Shown here in pieces: positions 1-8,676 of a stretch of DNA of 64,000 nt. This DNA is from an uncultured Alphaproteobacteria bacterium. Its GTDB lineage: Bacteria; Pseudomonadota; Alphaproteobacteria; HIMB59; GCA-002718135. The position numbers were made by a program, and so were the translations under genes. The stretch spans positions 44,839 through 108,838 of the forward strand of contig CACNKX010000001.1 of assembly GCA_902621165.1 (NCBI GenBank), read 5' to 3'. The notes under the pieces are model-generated. The model was not told the DNA's origin, did no database searches, and saw only the letters and a program-made list of their open reading frames with translations. The first letter of the stretch is position 1. Each line of letters starts with the position of its first letter.

Positions 1-1214
1 TGTTGACTTTTAGTTTTTGCATCAAGAGTTACATCAACTCCAATTTTAGCAAACATACCAATTGCAGCAACACAGATTGCTTCATCGTTTATGTAACGAT
101 CATTTGGACAATCTAGTGTAACTTCAAATCCATCTGGATAACCAGCTTCTGCTAATAGTTTTTTTGATAGCTCTGGATCATAAGGTAATCTTTCATCACG
201 TGCAGCTGTATGACCATTTACACCAGGAGCAGTGATAATTCCTGCAGGAACACTTTGTCCCCTCATTACCTTATCCTTAATAGCTTCCATATCTAAAGCA
301 TGGTACATAGCTAAACGAACTCTTTTATCTGCAAAAGGATTTTTACCTTTGATATTAGATGAATTTAATTCAGCAGAACCTTGATCCATTCCAAAAAATA
401 TTGTTCTATTTTGAGGAGTCATTTTTACACCATGTCCAGCAGAAGATTTGATTCTCTCAATATCTTGAACAGGAACAACGTTTGTGTAGTCAATTTCTCC
501 AGATAGAAGTGCTGCAACTCTTGTTGCATCATTTGCAATAGGAAGTAATTCAATAGTATCTACATTGAAAGTACTATCATCACCCCACCAATCATTATTT
601 TTTTCAAAAACAGTTCTTACGTCCTGTTCTCTAAAAGTAATTTTGAAAGGTCCAGTTCCATTTGCATTAGAAGCACAATAAGATGTTTCACCTGCATCCC
701 AGTTGTATGAAACTTCACAACCATTTGCTTTTGCCCAATCTTCAGACATAACAAATATCTGAGTTAATTGATTTAAAAGAATTGGATTTGGTCCATCTGT
801 TACAATCTGAACTGTGTGATCAGTTAATGCTGATGCTGATTTAATGCTTTTAATTAAATCTACCATATCAGATGGAGCAGTTTTTGCTCTATTGATACTA
901 AAAGCAATATCACTAGCTGTTAAATCTGATCCATCATGAAATTTTACGCCCTTACGAATTGTAAATATCCAAGTGTCATCAGCAGTTGTTTTCCATGATT
1001 CAGCAAGCTGAGGAAGTATTTCCATATTAATACCTGGAGTTACTAAACCTTCATATACTTGACGCGAAACCATGTGAGTTGGTCCTTCGTTTTGTGCATG
1101 CGGATCAAGAGTTAAAGAGTCACCAGGCATTGACCATTTAATACTATTTGCAAATGCTGGTGAAAAAATACCCATGAAAAGCAAAGACAAAACAATGCTT
1201 AAAGTCTTTTTCAT
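1..1214 (-). CDS. ABC transporter periplasmic substrate-binding protein, family 5 (peptide/nickel/opine type); 3' end lies outside the window
   Basis: Not in the ORF track because the frame is open to the window edge. My translation from ATG 1214-1212 gives MKKTLSIVLSLLFMGIFSPAFA (signal peptide), then NSIKWSMPGDSLTLDPHAQNEGPTHMVSRQVYEGLV...WKTTADDTWIFTIRKGVKFHDGS, the typical N-terminal block of SBP_bac_5 proteins. A GGAGGA Shine-Dalgarno (complement of 1221-1226) lies 6 nt from the ATG. Confidence 0.8.
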   Translation of the reverse strand, partial: MKKTLSIVLSLLFMGIFSPAFANSIKWSMPGDSLTLDPHAQNEGPTHMVSRQVYEGLVTPGINMEILPQLAESWKTTADDTWIFTIRKGVKFHDGSDLTASDIAFSINRAKTAPSDMVDLIKSIKSASALTDHTVQIVTDGPNPILLNQLTQIFVMSEDWAKANGCEVSYNWDAGETSYCASNANGTGPFKITFREQDVRTVFEKNNDWWGDDSTFNVDTIELLPIANDATRVAALLSGEIDYTNVVPVQDIERIKSSAGHGVKMTPQNRTIFFGMDQGSAELNSSNIKGKNPFADKRVRLAMYHALDMEAIKDKVMRGQSVPAGIITAPGVNGHTAARDERLPYDPELSKKLLAEAGYPDGFEVTLDCPNDRYINDEAICVAAIGMFAKIGVDVTLDAKTKSQ

Positions 1215-1355
1215 ATTATTTCCTCCATAGAAATTTGATGGTAGACCCATACAACTTCAATAGAAATATTCAATATTATTAGTATTAATAAGTGCTATAT
1301 TTTGTCATAATTATTAGTATTAATTTAGACATACCCTTGGAGGAGGCTTGATATA
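1215..1355. promoter_or_regulatory. Divergent promoter/leader region between the binding-protein gene and nth (inferred)
   Basis: 141-nt spacer between divergently oriented genes. It contains a perfect 15-nt direct repeat (see the repeat feature) and a GGAGGAGG Shine-Dalgarno at 1339-1346, 9 nt upstream of the nth GTG. Confidence 0.4.
1275..1324. repeat. Perfect 15-nt direct repeat ATTATTAGTATTAAT (1275-1289 and 1310-1324), 35-nt periodicity
   Basis: Read directly from the sequence. Both copies lie in the divergent spacer. Confidence 0.6.
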
Positions 1356-2006
1356 GTGAAAAAAATAGAGAAGGCACAAGAGATATCTAGAATACTAAAT
1401 CGTATATACAGAAAAGTACCTATTCCTCTTAACCACAAAAATAAATTTGAATTAGTTGTAGCTGTACTTCTTAGTGCTCAATGTACAGATGAAAGAGTTA
1501 ATCAAGTTACGCCAATACTATTTAAAAAAGCAAACACAGCTATAAAAATGACAAAAGTGCCAAAAAAAACAATTTATAATATTATTCGCCCTTGTGGTTT
1601 GGCACCTCAAAAATCAAAAGCAATTTTTGAACTATCAAGAATTCTTGTAAAAAAATTTAAAGGCAATGTTCCAGAAAGTTTTGAAGAATTAGAAAAGTTG
1701 CCAGGTGTTGGTCACAAAACAGCCAGTGTTGTTATGTCTCAAGGATTTGGTCATCCAGCATTTCCAGTTGATACGCACATTCATCGTTTAGCTCAACGTT
1801 GGGGTTTAACAAATGGTAAAAATGTTGTCCAAACAGAAAAAGATTTAAAATATCTTTTTCCAAAAAAATCTTGGAACAAACTTCATTTACAAATAATATT
1901 TTATGGAAGAGAATTTTGTCAGGCAAGAAGTTGTTATGGTTTAGAGTGTGAAATATGCAAGGTTTGTAATCCAAAGAGAAAAACGCCTATTAAAACAAAA
2001 AAGTAG
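1356..2006 (+). CDS. nth: Endonuclease III (DNA glycosylase/AP lyase)
   Basis: Motifs FELVVAVLLSAQCTDERVN, helix-hairpin-helix LPGVGHKTASVVM (catalytic Lys) and VDTHIHRLAQRWGL (catalytic Asp), plus a Cys-rich C-terminus. GTG start with a strong GGAGGAGG SD. Confidence 0.9.
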   Translation: MKKIEKAQEISRILNRIYRKVPIPLNHKNKFELVVAVLLSAQCTDERVNQVTPILFKKANTAIKMTKVPKKTIYNIIRPCGLAPQKSKAIFELSRILVKKFKGNVPESFEELEKLPGVGHKTASVVMSQGFGHPAFPVDTHIHRLAQRWGLTNGKNVVQTEKDLKYLFPKKSWNKLHLQIIFYGREFCQARSCYGLECEICKVCNPKRKTPIKTKK

Positions 2007-2009
2007 TAA

Positions 2010-2429
2010 TTAAAAAGGCTGAAATACAACAAGTATAAGTATAAAAATCAATATTACTGCTGGCGCTTCATTTGTAATTCTAAAAAACTTAGTAGAGTAT
2101 TTATTTTTATCATTTTTAAAATCATTAAGACATTTTAAACAAAAAAAATGATAGCCAGATAATAAAATTACAAATAAAATTTTTAAAAGCAACCAAGTAT
2201 CAATACCCACATAATGTGTAAGTGTAAAACCTGATATCCACGTCACTATAAAAGCTGGAAACATAATTATTCTGTACAATTTTCCTTCCATTAGTTTGAA
2301 TGTTTCTGAGGTTTCTTTTGTAATTTCAGGATTAGCATGATTTACAAACAAACGTGGCAGATATAAAAGTGCAGCCATCCAAGCTATGATACTAAAAATA
2401 TGAATAACTTTCAGAGTATTAAATAACAT
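2010..2429 (-). CDS. hemJ: Protoporphyrinogen IX oxidase, HemJ type (UPF0093 membrane protein)
   Basis: 139-aa multi-TM protein with the HemJ hallmarks HIFSIIAWMAALLYLPRLFVNHA, MEGKLYRII, LLSGYHFFC and FRITNEAPAV. Sits directly downstream of hemF/hemH/hemE. Confidence 0.8.
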   Translation of the reverse strand: MLFNTLKVIHIFSIIAWMAALLYLPRLFVNHANPEITKETSETFKLMEGKLYRIIMFPAFIVTWISGFTLTHYVGIDTWLLLKILFVILLSGYHFFCLKCLNDFKNDKNKYSTKFFRITNEAPAVILIFILILVVFQPF

Positions 2430-2432
2430 TAT

Positions 2433-3251
2433 TTATTCCCATACCGCGTGAGGAGGCATTGACATTAATATAGCATCAACATTCCCACCAGTCTCTAGAC
2501 CAAATTTTGTACCTCTATCATATAATAAGTTAAATTCAGCATAGCGACTACGCTTAACTAATTGTATCTTTTTTTCCTCTTCATTCCACTCCTCATCCTT
2601 AAGTGCAATTAAAGTATTTTTGATAAACTGATGAAAATAAGTACCTACGCCTTGGACAAATTCAAAATCTTTTCCCCAATCGCCAGTTTGAAGGTAATCA
2701 AAAAATATTCCTCCAACACCTCTTGGTTCGTTTCTATGTTTTAGAAAAAAATAGTCATCACACCATTTTTTAAATTTAGGATAATATGATTTATCATATT
2801 TATTACACAAAACTTCTAAACCACGATGATATTTTTTCTCATCCTCAAATATTACACAAGGTGTAATATCCATGCCTCCACCAAACCATTCCTGAGTGGT
2901 TTTAATAAATCTCGTATTAAAATGCATAGAAGGAATTCTAGGTGAAACAGGATGTAAAACAACACTGATGCCAGTTGCATTATAATTTGGATCTTCTTTA
3001 GCACCCGGAATAGCATCTCTCATATTTTCGTTAAATATCCCAGAGACGGTAGAAATATTTACTCCACCTTTTTCAATAATATTACCCTTAATTTTACTCA
3101 TTTTACCACCACCATCACCTTTGTGATCCCAGTTACTTATTTCAAATTGATTTTCATCAATGTTTTGAATAGTTTCAACTAAGTTATCTCGTAATTTTTC
3201 AAACCATTCTTTTGCAGTATTAAATTTGGGATCAGCAATCATAATGGCCAA
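2433..3251 (-). CDS. hemF: Oxygen-dependent coproporphyrinogen III oxidase
   Basis: Motifs SMHFNTRF, KKWCDDYFFLKHRNEPRGVGGIFFDYL and RYAEFNLLYDRGTKFGLETGGNVDAILMSMPP closely follow HemF. Confidence 0.92.
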   Translation of the reverse strand: MAIMIADPKFNTAKEWFEKLRDNLVETIQNIDENQFEISNWDHKGDGGGKMSKIKGNIIEKGGVNISTVSGIFNENMRDAIPGAKEDPNYNATGISVVLHPVSPRIPSMHFNTRFIKTTQEWFGGGMDITPCVIFEDEKKYHRGLEVLCNKYDKSYYPKFKKWCDDYFFLKHRNEPRGVGGIFFDYLQTGDWGKDFEFVQGVGTYFHQFIKNTLIALKDEEWNEEEKKIQLVKRSRYAEFNLLYDRGTKFGLETGGNVDAILMSMPPHAVWE

Positions 3252-4264
3252 CCTTGAGTATGTTTTTTTATCAGATTTACAAAAACATCTATGTGATCAT
3301 CGTGATCATTCAAGCAAGGTATATAATGATAATTTTCTCCACCTGACTCCATAAAATATTCTTTATTTTCTTCTTCAAGTTCTTCAAGTGTTTCAAGACA
3401 ATCACTGCTGAAACCAGGAGATATTATATGTATATTTTTAATCCCTTGTTTTGGTAATTCTTTCAATGTTTCACTTGTATATGGCTTTAACCATTCCTCT
3501 CTTCCAAATCTACTTTGGAAAGTAGTCATTATCTCATCATCGGATAATCCCATATATTCTTTAACAAGTCTTGTGGTTTTAAGACAAAAGCAATGATAAG
3601 GATCACCATTCGTCAAATACCGTTTTGGTATACCATGATAACTAAAAATAATTTTTTGTGGTTTTGAAGTTTTTTTCCAAAATGACTTTATTGAATTTGA
3701 CAATGCTTCAATATAATTTTTTTCTTCAAAGTACTGATTGATAAAACGCATTTCAGGTATCCAACGCCATTTTTGCAATACATTTGTTACTTCATCAAAT
3801 GTACTACCTGTTGTTGCAGCACAATATTGCGGATACATAGGTAGAACTAATAATCTTCTTACTTGTTTTTTTTGAAGTTTTAACAAAGCATCTGGAATAG
3901 ATGGATTGCCATAACGCATCCCAACTTCAAAAACTATATTTTCATTTTTTGAAGAAAAAGATGATTGGATTTTATTTAATTGTCTGTTTGCGATATCTAA
4001 AAGTGGAGAACCCTTATCAGTCCAAATTTGTTTATATGCTTCTGCTGACTTTGATGGTCTTATTTGTAAAATTACTAACTTCAATATAATTTGCCATAAG
4101 ATTTTAGGTAATTCAATTACTCTAGGGTCTGACAAAAATTGATTAAGATAAACTTTTAGTTCTTTTTTATTTGGAGCATCTGGAGTGCCTAGGTTAGTAA
4201 TTAAAACACCAATTTTTTCTTTACTCCCGTGCTCATAATCTTTTTCACCTATATATTTAACCAT
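3239..4264 (-). CDS. hemH: Ferrochelatase
   Basis: Motifs LLVLPMYPQYCAATTGS, FSYHGIP and a C-terminal HIISPGFSSDCLETLEE. The 341-aa length is typical. Confidence 0.92.
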   Translation of the reverse strand: MVKYIGEKDYEHGSKEKIGVLITNLGTPDAPNKKELKVYLNQFLSDPRVIELPKILWQIILKLVILQIRPSKSAEAYKQIWTDKGSPLLDIANRQLNKIQSSFSSKNENIVFEVGMRYGNPSIPDALLKLQKKQVRRLLVLPMYPQYCAATTGSTFDEVTNVLQKWRWIPEMRFINQYFEEKNYIEALSNSIKSFWKKTSKPQKIIFSYHGIPKRYLTNGDPYHCFCLKTTRLVKEYMGLSDDEIMTTFQSRFGREEWLKPYTSETLKELPKQGIKNIHIISPGFSSDCLETLEELEEENKEYFMESGGENYHYIPCLNDHDDHIDVFVNLIKKHTQGWPL

Positions 4265-4269
4265 ATCTA

Positions 4270-5268
4270 TTAGCTAAATTCTTTTCTAATATTTTCTATA
4301 AATAAATGAACATTTTTTTCTGGAGTATTTTTGTTAATTCCATGTCCAAGGCCACAAATCCAGCCATTAAGATTTTCAATTGATTTCATTTTTTCAATAA
4401 AATCTTTTAAATCACTAAGAAATATATCTGTTTCGCTTAACATTAATTGTTCATTGAAATTTCCCTGAATAAATCCATGTTTTTGATTTTCAAACATAGA
4501 TATTAGATCTATTGTGTGATCATAGCCAAAACCAGCAAAGGGAAAACTGATAATAGAATTTAGATCTGTTGAACTTTTACCTCTTGAATAAAAGCCAACT
4601 TTATTTGGAAAAGAAATTGCAATCTCTTCCAAAAATTTGGAATAAATTTCATGAAAATTTATTTTATCTAAATCATACAAGGAACTATCAAAAATCATGA
4701 CAAGTTCAACACCTGCATCTAATTGTAATTGAATATTTTTCTTTAGAAGGGGTAAGAGAATTTTTGAAATAAATTCTAAATTCATTTTAGTGTCGATTAA
4801 ATCAGAGTTATTATTTCCAAATGCATATTTTGATAATGTCCAAGGTCCGCCAACAAATCCAATTAAACTTTTATTATTTGGCAATTTCTCTTTTGTTATT
4901 TTTATAGCTTCAAATTGAAATTGCATATGCTCAATGCCGCGATCAATATTACTATAATCATTAATGTTTTCTGAATTTATATAAGTATTAAATTTAGGTC
5001 CTGGGTCAAACTTTAATTCTAAACCAAGTCCTTCTAAGATGAATAAAATATCGCTGAATAAAATTGCAATATCGTAATCAAACTCTTGTATTGGACCAAA
5101 AGCAACTTCTGCGGCTAGATCCGGAGTTTTACATAGTTCTTCAAAAGTATATTTTTCTTTGAGCTTGCGATAATGCGAATGGTACCTTCCAGCCTGTCTC
5201 ATAAACCAAATGGGTGGTGTTTTTTGAATATTTCTTTTGAGGGCATTTTCGAATAAAATATTTGTCAT
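4270..5268 (-). CDS. hemE: Uroporphyrinogen decarboxylase
   Basis: PPIWFMRQAGRY motif near the N-terminus. I prefer the ATG at 5268 (MTNILFENALKR...), which matches HemE N-termini and sits 2 nt after the hemC/D stop. The track ORF extends to 5298. Confidence 0.88.
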   Translation of the reverse strand: MTNILFENALKRNIQKTPPIWFMRQAGRYHSHYRKLKEKYTFEELCKTPDLAAEVAFGPIQEFDYDIAILFSDILFILEGLGLELKFDPGPKFNTYINSENINDYSNIDRGIEHMQFQFEAIKITKEKLPNNKSLIGFVGGPWTLSKYAFGNNNSDLIDTKMNLEFISKILLPLLKKNIQLQLDAGVELVMIFDSSLYDLDKINFHEIYSKFLEEIAISFPNKVGFYSRGKSSTDLNSIISFPFAGFGYDHTIDLISMFENQKHGFIQGNFNEQLMLSETDIFLSDLKDFIEKMKSIENLNGWICGLGHGINKNTPEKNVHLFIENIRKEFS

Positions 5269-5270
5269 TT

Positions 5271-6779
5271 TTAAGCTTTTAGTAATTTTTTCTTCCAACT
5301 ATCATAAGATAGCTCAACAAAAAGATTTTTATCATTACCTAATATTTTACTAATCTCATTGTATGTATTTCCTGGGCCACAAAAATGATATTTTTCTATA
5401 ATTTTAGGATATTTATCAATACTCGCCTTAAAAGCTGAACTGCTCATCCAATAAAAGTACTTTTTCTTTTCTATATCTATTTCAAAATCAATAGACTCCA
5501 ATTGATACGTTTCAATTTTATTTTTTATCGAACTTTCAGGAGATTGAGAATGAGTTAACTTAACCCAAGAATTATTTGTAAGTGAATTAATATCTTTATC
5601 AAAATCCTCACCAAGACCATCTGAAGTTCCATTAACCCAAATACCTCTTTCAGATAAATTTTTCCATGTTCTTAAACCACTAGTCCAAATAACATTATTT
5701 GATTGGATTTTTGACTTATCTGGGATTGAGCTAATTCGTGAAACATAAATACATTTATTTTGTAAATTATTTATATCATCAACATTTTCATTTAATTGTT
5801 TTCTAGAAAATATTTTATAATTTTTTAAATTTTCAGGATAAATTTCATCTGTTGTATTACTAGAAAAACTTATATCTTTTGGATCAATAAAATCCCAGCT
5901 CTCAAAATGATTGCCATTTTCATCTTCACCTCTTTTAGATACAACTAATCCTAATTTATGTGAGATATAAGATACTCCTATTTTTTGGTGACATCCTCCT
6001 CCATAATTTTTTAAAATATTTCTTTCTTGAATAACATTTGAATAATCTTTGGAATAATTAATATCATTTAAAATTTCGTTAAGTTTATTATCTTTAATTC
6101 TTGTTTCAATCGCTAGAGCTCCTTGTCCAGGAGAACAAGGGTTTATAGACAATGGTAAAACAGACCATAGACATTCATTAATATATTTTTTTAGAGTTAT
6201 TTTTAATTCATTAAATTCAGAATAATTATTTAAAAGTAATCTATCAATTGCTGCCTTAGCAACAATAAAACCATCACTATTAGGATCTTCCAAAAATTTT
6301 TTAAATCTTGTGGGTATGTTACCTCTTATATTTTCAAAGCAAACTTCATCAAACTTTTGTGGAAGATAATTTTCAATAAAATTTTCTAAATTATATTGTC
6401 TTCGAGGTGATGAGCAAAGAATAGTAATTTTCTTACTATCTAATGTTATGTTTTTTTTTAAGAATAATATATCTCGTTTATCAGCACGTTTTAATGTAGC
6501 AGCAATTTTAGTTTTCTCTCCAACTTCAATTGGAAGATCTTTCCAAGAATGGACAATTAAATCACATTTATTATTTATTAATTCATCTCTTAAATCATTA
6601 GTAAAAACACCTTCTGTTGGCATTGCAGAAAGAGGTGTTTTTAAATCTTTATCTCCTGAAGTACTTCTTGTTAAAAATTCTATTTCTACAAAAGGATATT
6701 TTGATTGCAAATAATCGGAAAATTCACGTGCTTGAATTATTGCCAAGTCACTTTTTCTAGATAAAATTCTTATTTTCAT
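5271..6779 (-). CDS. hemC: Porphobilinogen deaminase with a C-terminal uroporphyrinogen-III-synthase-like extension (putative HemC-HemD fusion)
   Basis: The N-terminal ~310 aa are HemC: RKSDLAIIQA, TSGDK, IVHSWKDLP, and the cofactor Cys in NYGGGCHQKIGV. The extra ~190 aa contain HEM4-like strings IYVSR..., SGLRTWKNLSERGIWV and YWMSSSAFKA...HFCGPGNTYNEISKILG. At 502 aa the protein is about 190 aa longer than a stand-alone HemC. Confidence 0.75.
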   Translation of the reverse strand: MKIRILSRKSDLAIIQAREFSDYLQSKYPFVEIEFLTRSTSGDKDLKTPLSAMPTEGVFTNDLRDELINNKCDLIVHSWKDLPIEVGEKTKIAATLKRADKRDILFLKKNITLDSKKITILCSSPRRQYNLENFIENYLPQKFDEVCFENIRGNIPTRFKKFLEDPNSDGFIVAKAAIDRLLLNNYSEFNELKITLKKYINECLWSVLPLSINPCSPGQGALAIETRIKDNKLNEILNDINYSKDYSNVIQERNILKNYGGGCHQKIGVSYISHKLGLVVSKRGEDENGNHFESWDFIDPKDISFSSNTTDEIYPENLKNYKIFSRKQLNENVDDINNLQNKCIYVSRISSIPDKSKIQSNNVIWTSGLRTWKNLSERGIWVNGTSDGLGEDFDKDINSLTNNSWVKLTHSQSPESSIKNKIETYQLESIDFEIDIEKKKYFYWMSSSAFKASIDKYPKIIEKYHFCGPGNTYNEISKILGNDKNLFVELSYDSWKKKLLKA

Positions 6780-6821
6780 TACTTATATTTCTATAAATAA
6801 CACTATATTGTAAAATTAGTA
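6780..6821. promoter_or_regulatory. Divergent promoter spacer between hemC/D and the cytochrome b561 gene (inferred)
   Basis: 42-nt AT-rich spacer between divergent genes. No specific motif recognised. Confidence 0.3.
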
Positions 6822-7385
6822 ATGGTTGAATTTAAAGGTACAAAATCTTCTTGGGGCTTGGTTGCAAAACTTTTTCATTGGTCATTGGCACTTCTTCTTT
6901 TTTGGCAAGTTGCAACAGGGATTAGCCTTCATAATATGGAATTTTCTCCACTTAAAATGGGTTTTATTATTACTCATAAATTTTTTGGCACCTTAGTCTT
7001 TAGTTTAGTCGTGCTTAGATTAATGTGGAAATACATATTTAATACTCATCCTAAATATGAAAATATTCCTTTATTTCATAAATTGGTTTCAAATTTAGTC
7101 CATTTTGTACTTTATGTTTTAGTTATTCTTATTCCTGTTCAAGGTACCTTTATGACATGGCTTGGAGGAGAAGATGTTCATCTCTTGGGATTAATTAAAA
7201 TACCACCTTTAATCGAAGAGAATTTTTTTTTATACCCTCAAGCTTTAGCTATACACTACTACTCAGCAATTATGTTAACAGCTCTTTTTTCACTTCATAT
7301 AACAGCAGCGTTGTATCATCGATTTATAATTAAAGATAAATATGGTGTCTGGAGGAGAATGTCTTTTAGTAGAAATAAGGTGTGA
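6822..7385 (+). CDS. Cytochrome b561 family membrane protein (CybB-like)
   Basis: Four predicted TM helices with His residues spaced as in the Ni_hydr_CYTB/cyt b561 family (LFHWSLALLLF, THKFFGTL, HFVLYVLV, HITAALYHRF). Confidence 0.75.
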   Translation: MVEFKGTKSSWGLVAKLFHWSLALLLFWQVATGISLHNMEFSPLKMGFIITHKFFGTLVFSLVVLRLMWKYIFNTHPKYENIPLFHKLVSNLVHFVLYVLVILIPVQGTFMTWLGGEDVHLLGLIKIPPLIEENFFLYPQALAIHYYSAIMLTALFSLHITAALYHRFIIKDKYGVWRRMSFSRNKV

Positions 7386-7440
7386 CAATTCATTCAATTA
7401 AACACTTACAATTAAAGATTGGGTAAGATATCTAACATTT

Positions 7441-8676
7441 ATGCAATACAAAAATTTCTTTAAATCTGAATTAAAAAATTTAAAAGATCAGGGTCTTTAT
7501 AGGGACTTTAGAAACATAGATAGACCTATAAAAAGTTTTCCAAATGCAGATGAAAGTTTCAAAAATAAAGAGAGAGAAGTTGAGGTTTGGTGTTCTAATG
7601 ACTATCTGAACATGAGTCAGCACCCAGAAGTCGTAAATGAAATTGTAAAAACACTACTTGAATATGGATCTGGCTCAGGTGGAACAAGAAATATTTCTGG
7701 TACATCAACCTATCATACTAAACTTGAAAAAAAACTGGCAAATGTTCATAATAAAGAGGCGGCATTAGTTTTTGCTTCTGCTTATACAGCAAACCAATCT
7801 ACTTTATGGACTTTAGGAAAAAAAATTAAAGATATTGAAATATTTTCTGATGAATTAAATCACGCATCTTTAATACAAGGTATTAAGAATAGTGGAGCTA
7901 AGTGTAATATATTTAAACATAATGACATTGATCATTTAGAAAAGTTACTAAAAGAGTCAAATGTAGATAATCCTAAGTTAATCGTTTTTGAAAGTTTATA
8001 CTCTATGGAAGGTATAAGATCGCCTATAGTTAAAATTGTAGAGTTAGCAAAAAAATATAACTGTATGACATATTTGGATGAAGTTCATTCAGTTGGACTT
8101 TACGGTGAAGAAGGTAAAGGTATTGCAGTAGAAATGGGAGTTGAAGATAAAATAGATATTATTAATGGAACTTTAGCAAAAGCATATGGTCAAATGGGAG
8201 GGTATATTGCAGCTAGTTCAGAAATAATTGATTACATTAGAAGTTTTGCTCCAGGTTTTATTTTTACAACTTCAATCTGTCCATCAATTGCTGCAGGAGC
8301 AGCTAAAGCAATAGATATTGTTTCTCTGGCAGAACAACTAAGAATAAGAATAAAAGAAAATGCAGCTTTAATAAGAGAAAATTTAGATTCCTTAGCAATC
8401 CCTTATTTGGATACAAATTCTCATATCGTAGCAGTATTAATTAATGATCCTTTTTTATGCAAAAAAGTGTCTAAAGATTTAATTGATGATCATGGAATTT
8501 ATGCACAACCAATTTTTTACCCGACTGTACCAAAAGGTTTAGAAAGACTAAGAATAACTGTTACCCCAAAACATAGAAAAGAGCATATCGAAAAAATGAT
8601 TAAGGCTCTTGATACAGTTTGGTCTAAAAATAATTTACCAAGAAAAAATATTAATAAAGTTACAGCAAATATTTAA
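7441..8676 (+). CDS. hemA: 5-aminolevulinate synthase (C4/Shemin pathway)
   Basis: [29 protein letters not shown] and the PLP-lysine block GTLAKAYG. 411 aa. Confidence 0.92.
   Translation: MQYKNFFKSELKNLKDQGLYRDFRNIDRPIKSFPNADESFKNKEREVEVWCSNDYLNMSQHPEVVNEIVKTLLEYGSGSGGTRNISGTSTYHTKLEKKLANVHNKEAALVFASAYTANQSTLWTLGKKIKDIEIFSDELNHASLIQGIKNSGAKCNIFKHNDIDHLEKLLKESNVDNPKLIVFESLYSMEGIRSPIVKIVELAKKYNCMTYLDEVHSVGLYGEEGKGIAVEMGVEDKIDIINGTLAKAYGQMGGYIAASSEIIDYIRSFAPGFIFTTSICPSIAAGAAKAIDIVSLAEQLRIRIKENAALIRENLDSLAIPYLDTNSHIVAVLINDPFLCKKVSKDLIDDHGIYAQPIFYPTVPKGLERLRITVTPKHRKEHIEKMIKALDTVWSKNNLPRKNINKVTANI

Noticed and set aside
1732-1974. Short antisense or alternative-frame ORFs from the track inside confident genes. 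Examples: 1732-1974, 3901-4089, 6448-6714, 13553-13747, 15179-15373, 18713-18979, 21740-21964, 21988-22170, 24785-25198, 26589-27010, 31082-31300, 33036-33297, 34307-34543, 35614-35871, 37224-37835, 38378-38587, 39978-40172, 41433-41645, 44391-44690, 45021-45350, 46985-47227, 48551-48745, 49081-49540, 54105-54287, 57392-57628, 60443-60646, 61367-61549, 62899-63081
   Set aside because: All are nested within longer ORFs that have clear family signatures. None has a recognisable motif of its own. AT-rich genomes generate many such 60-100-aa shadow ORFs.
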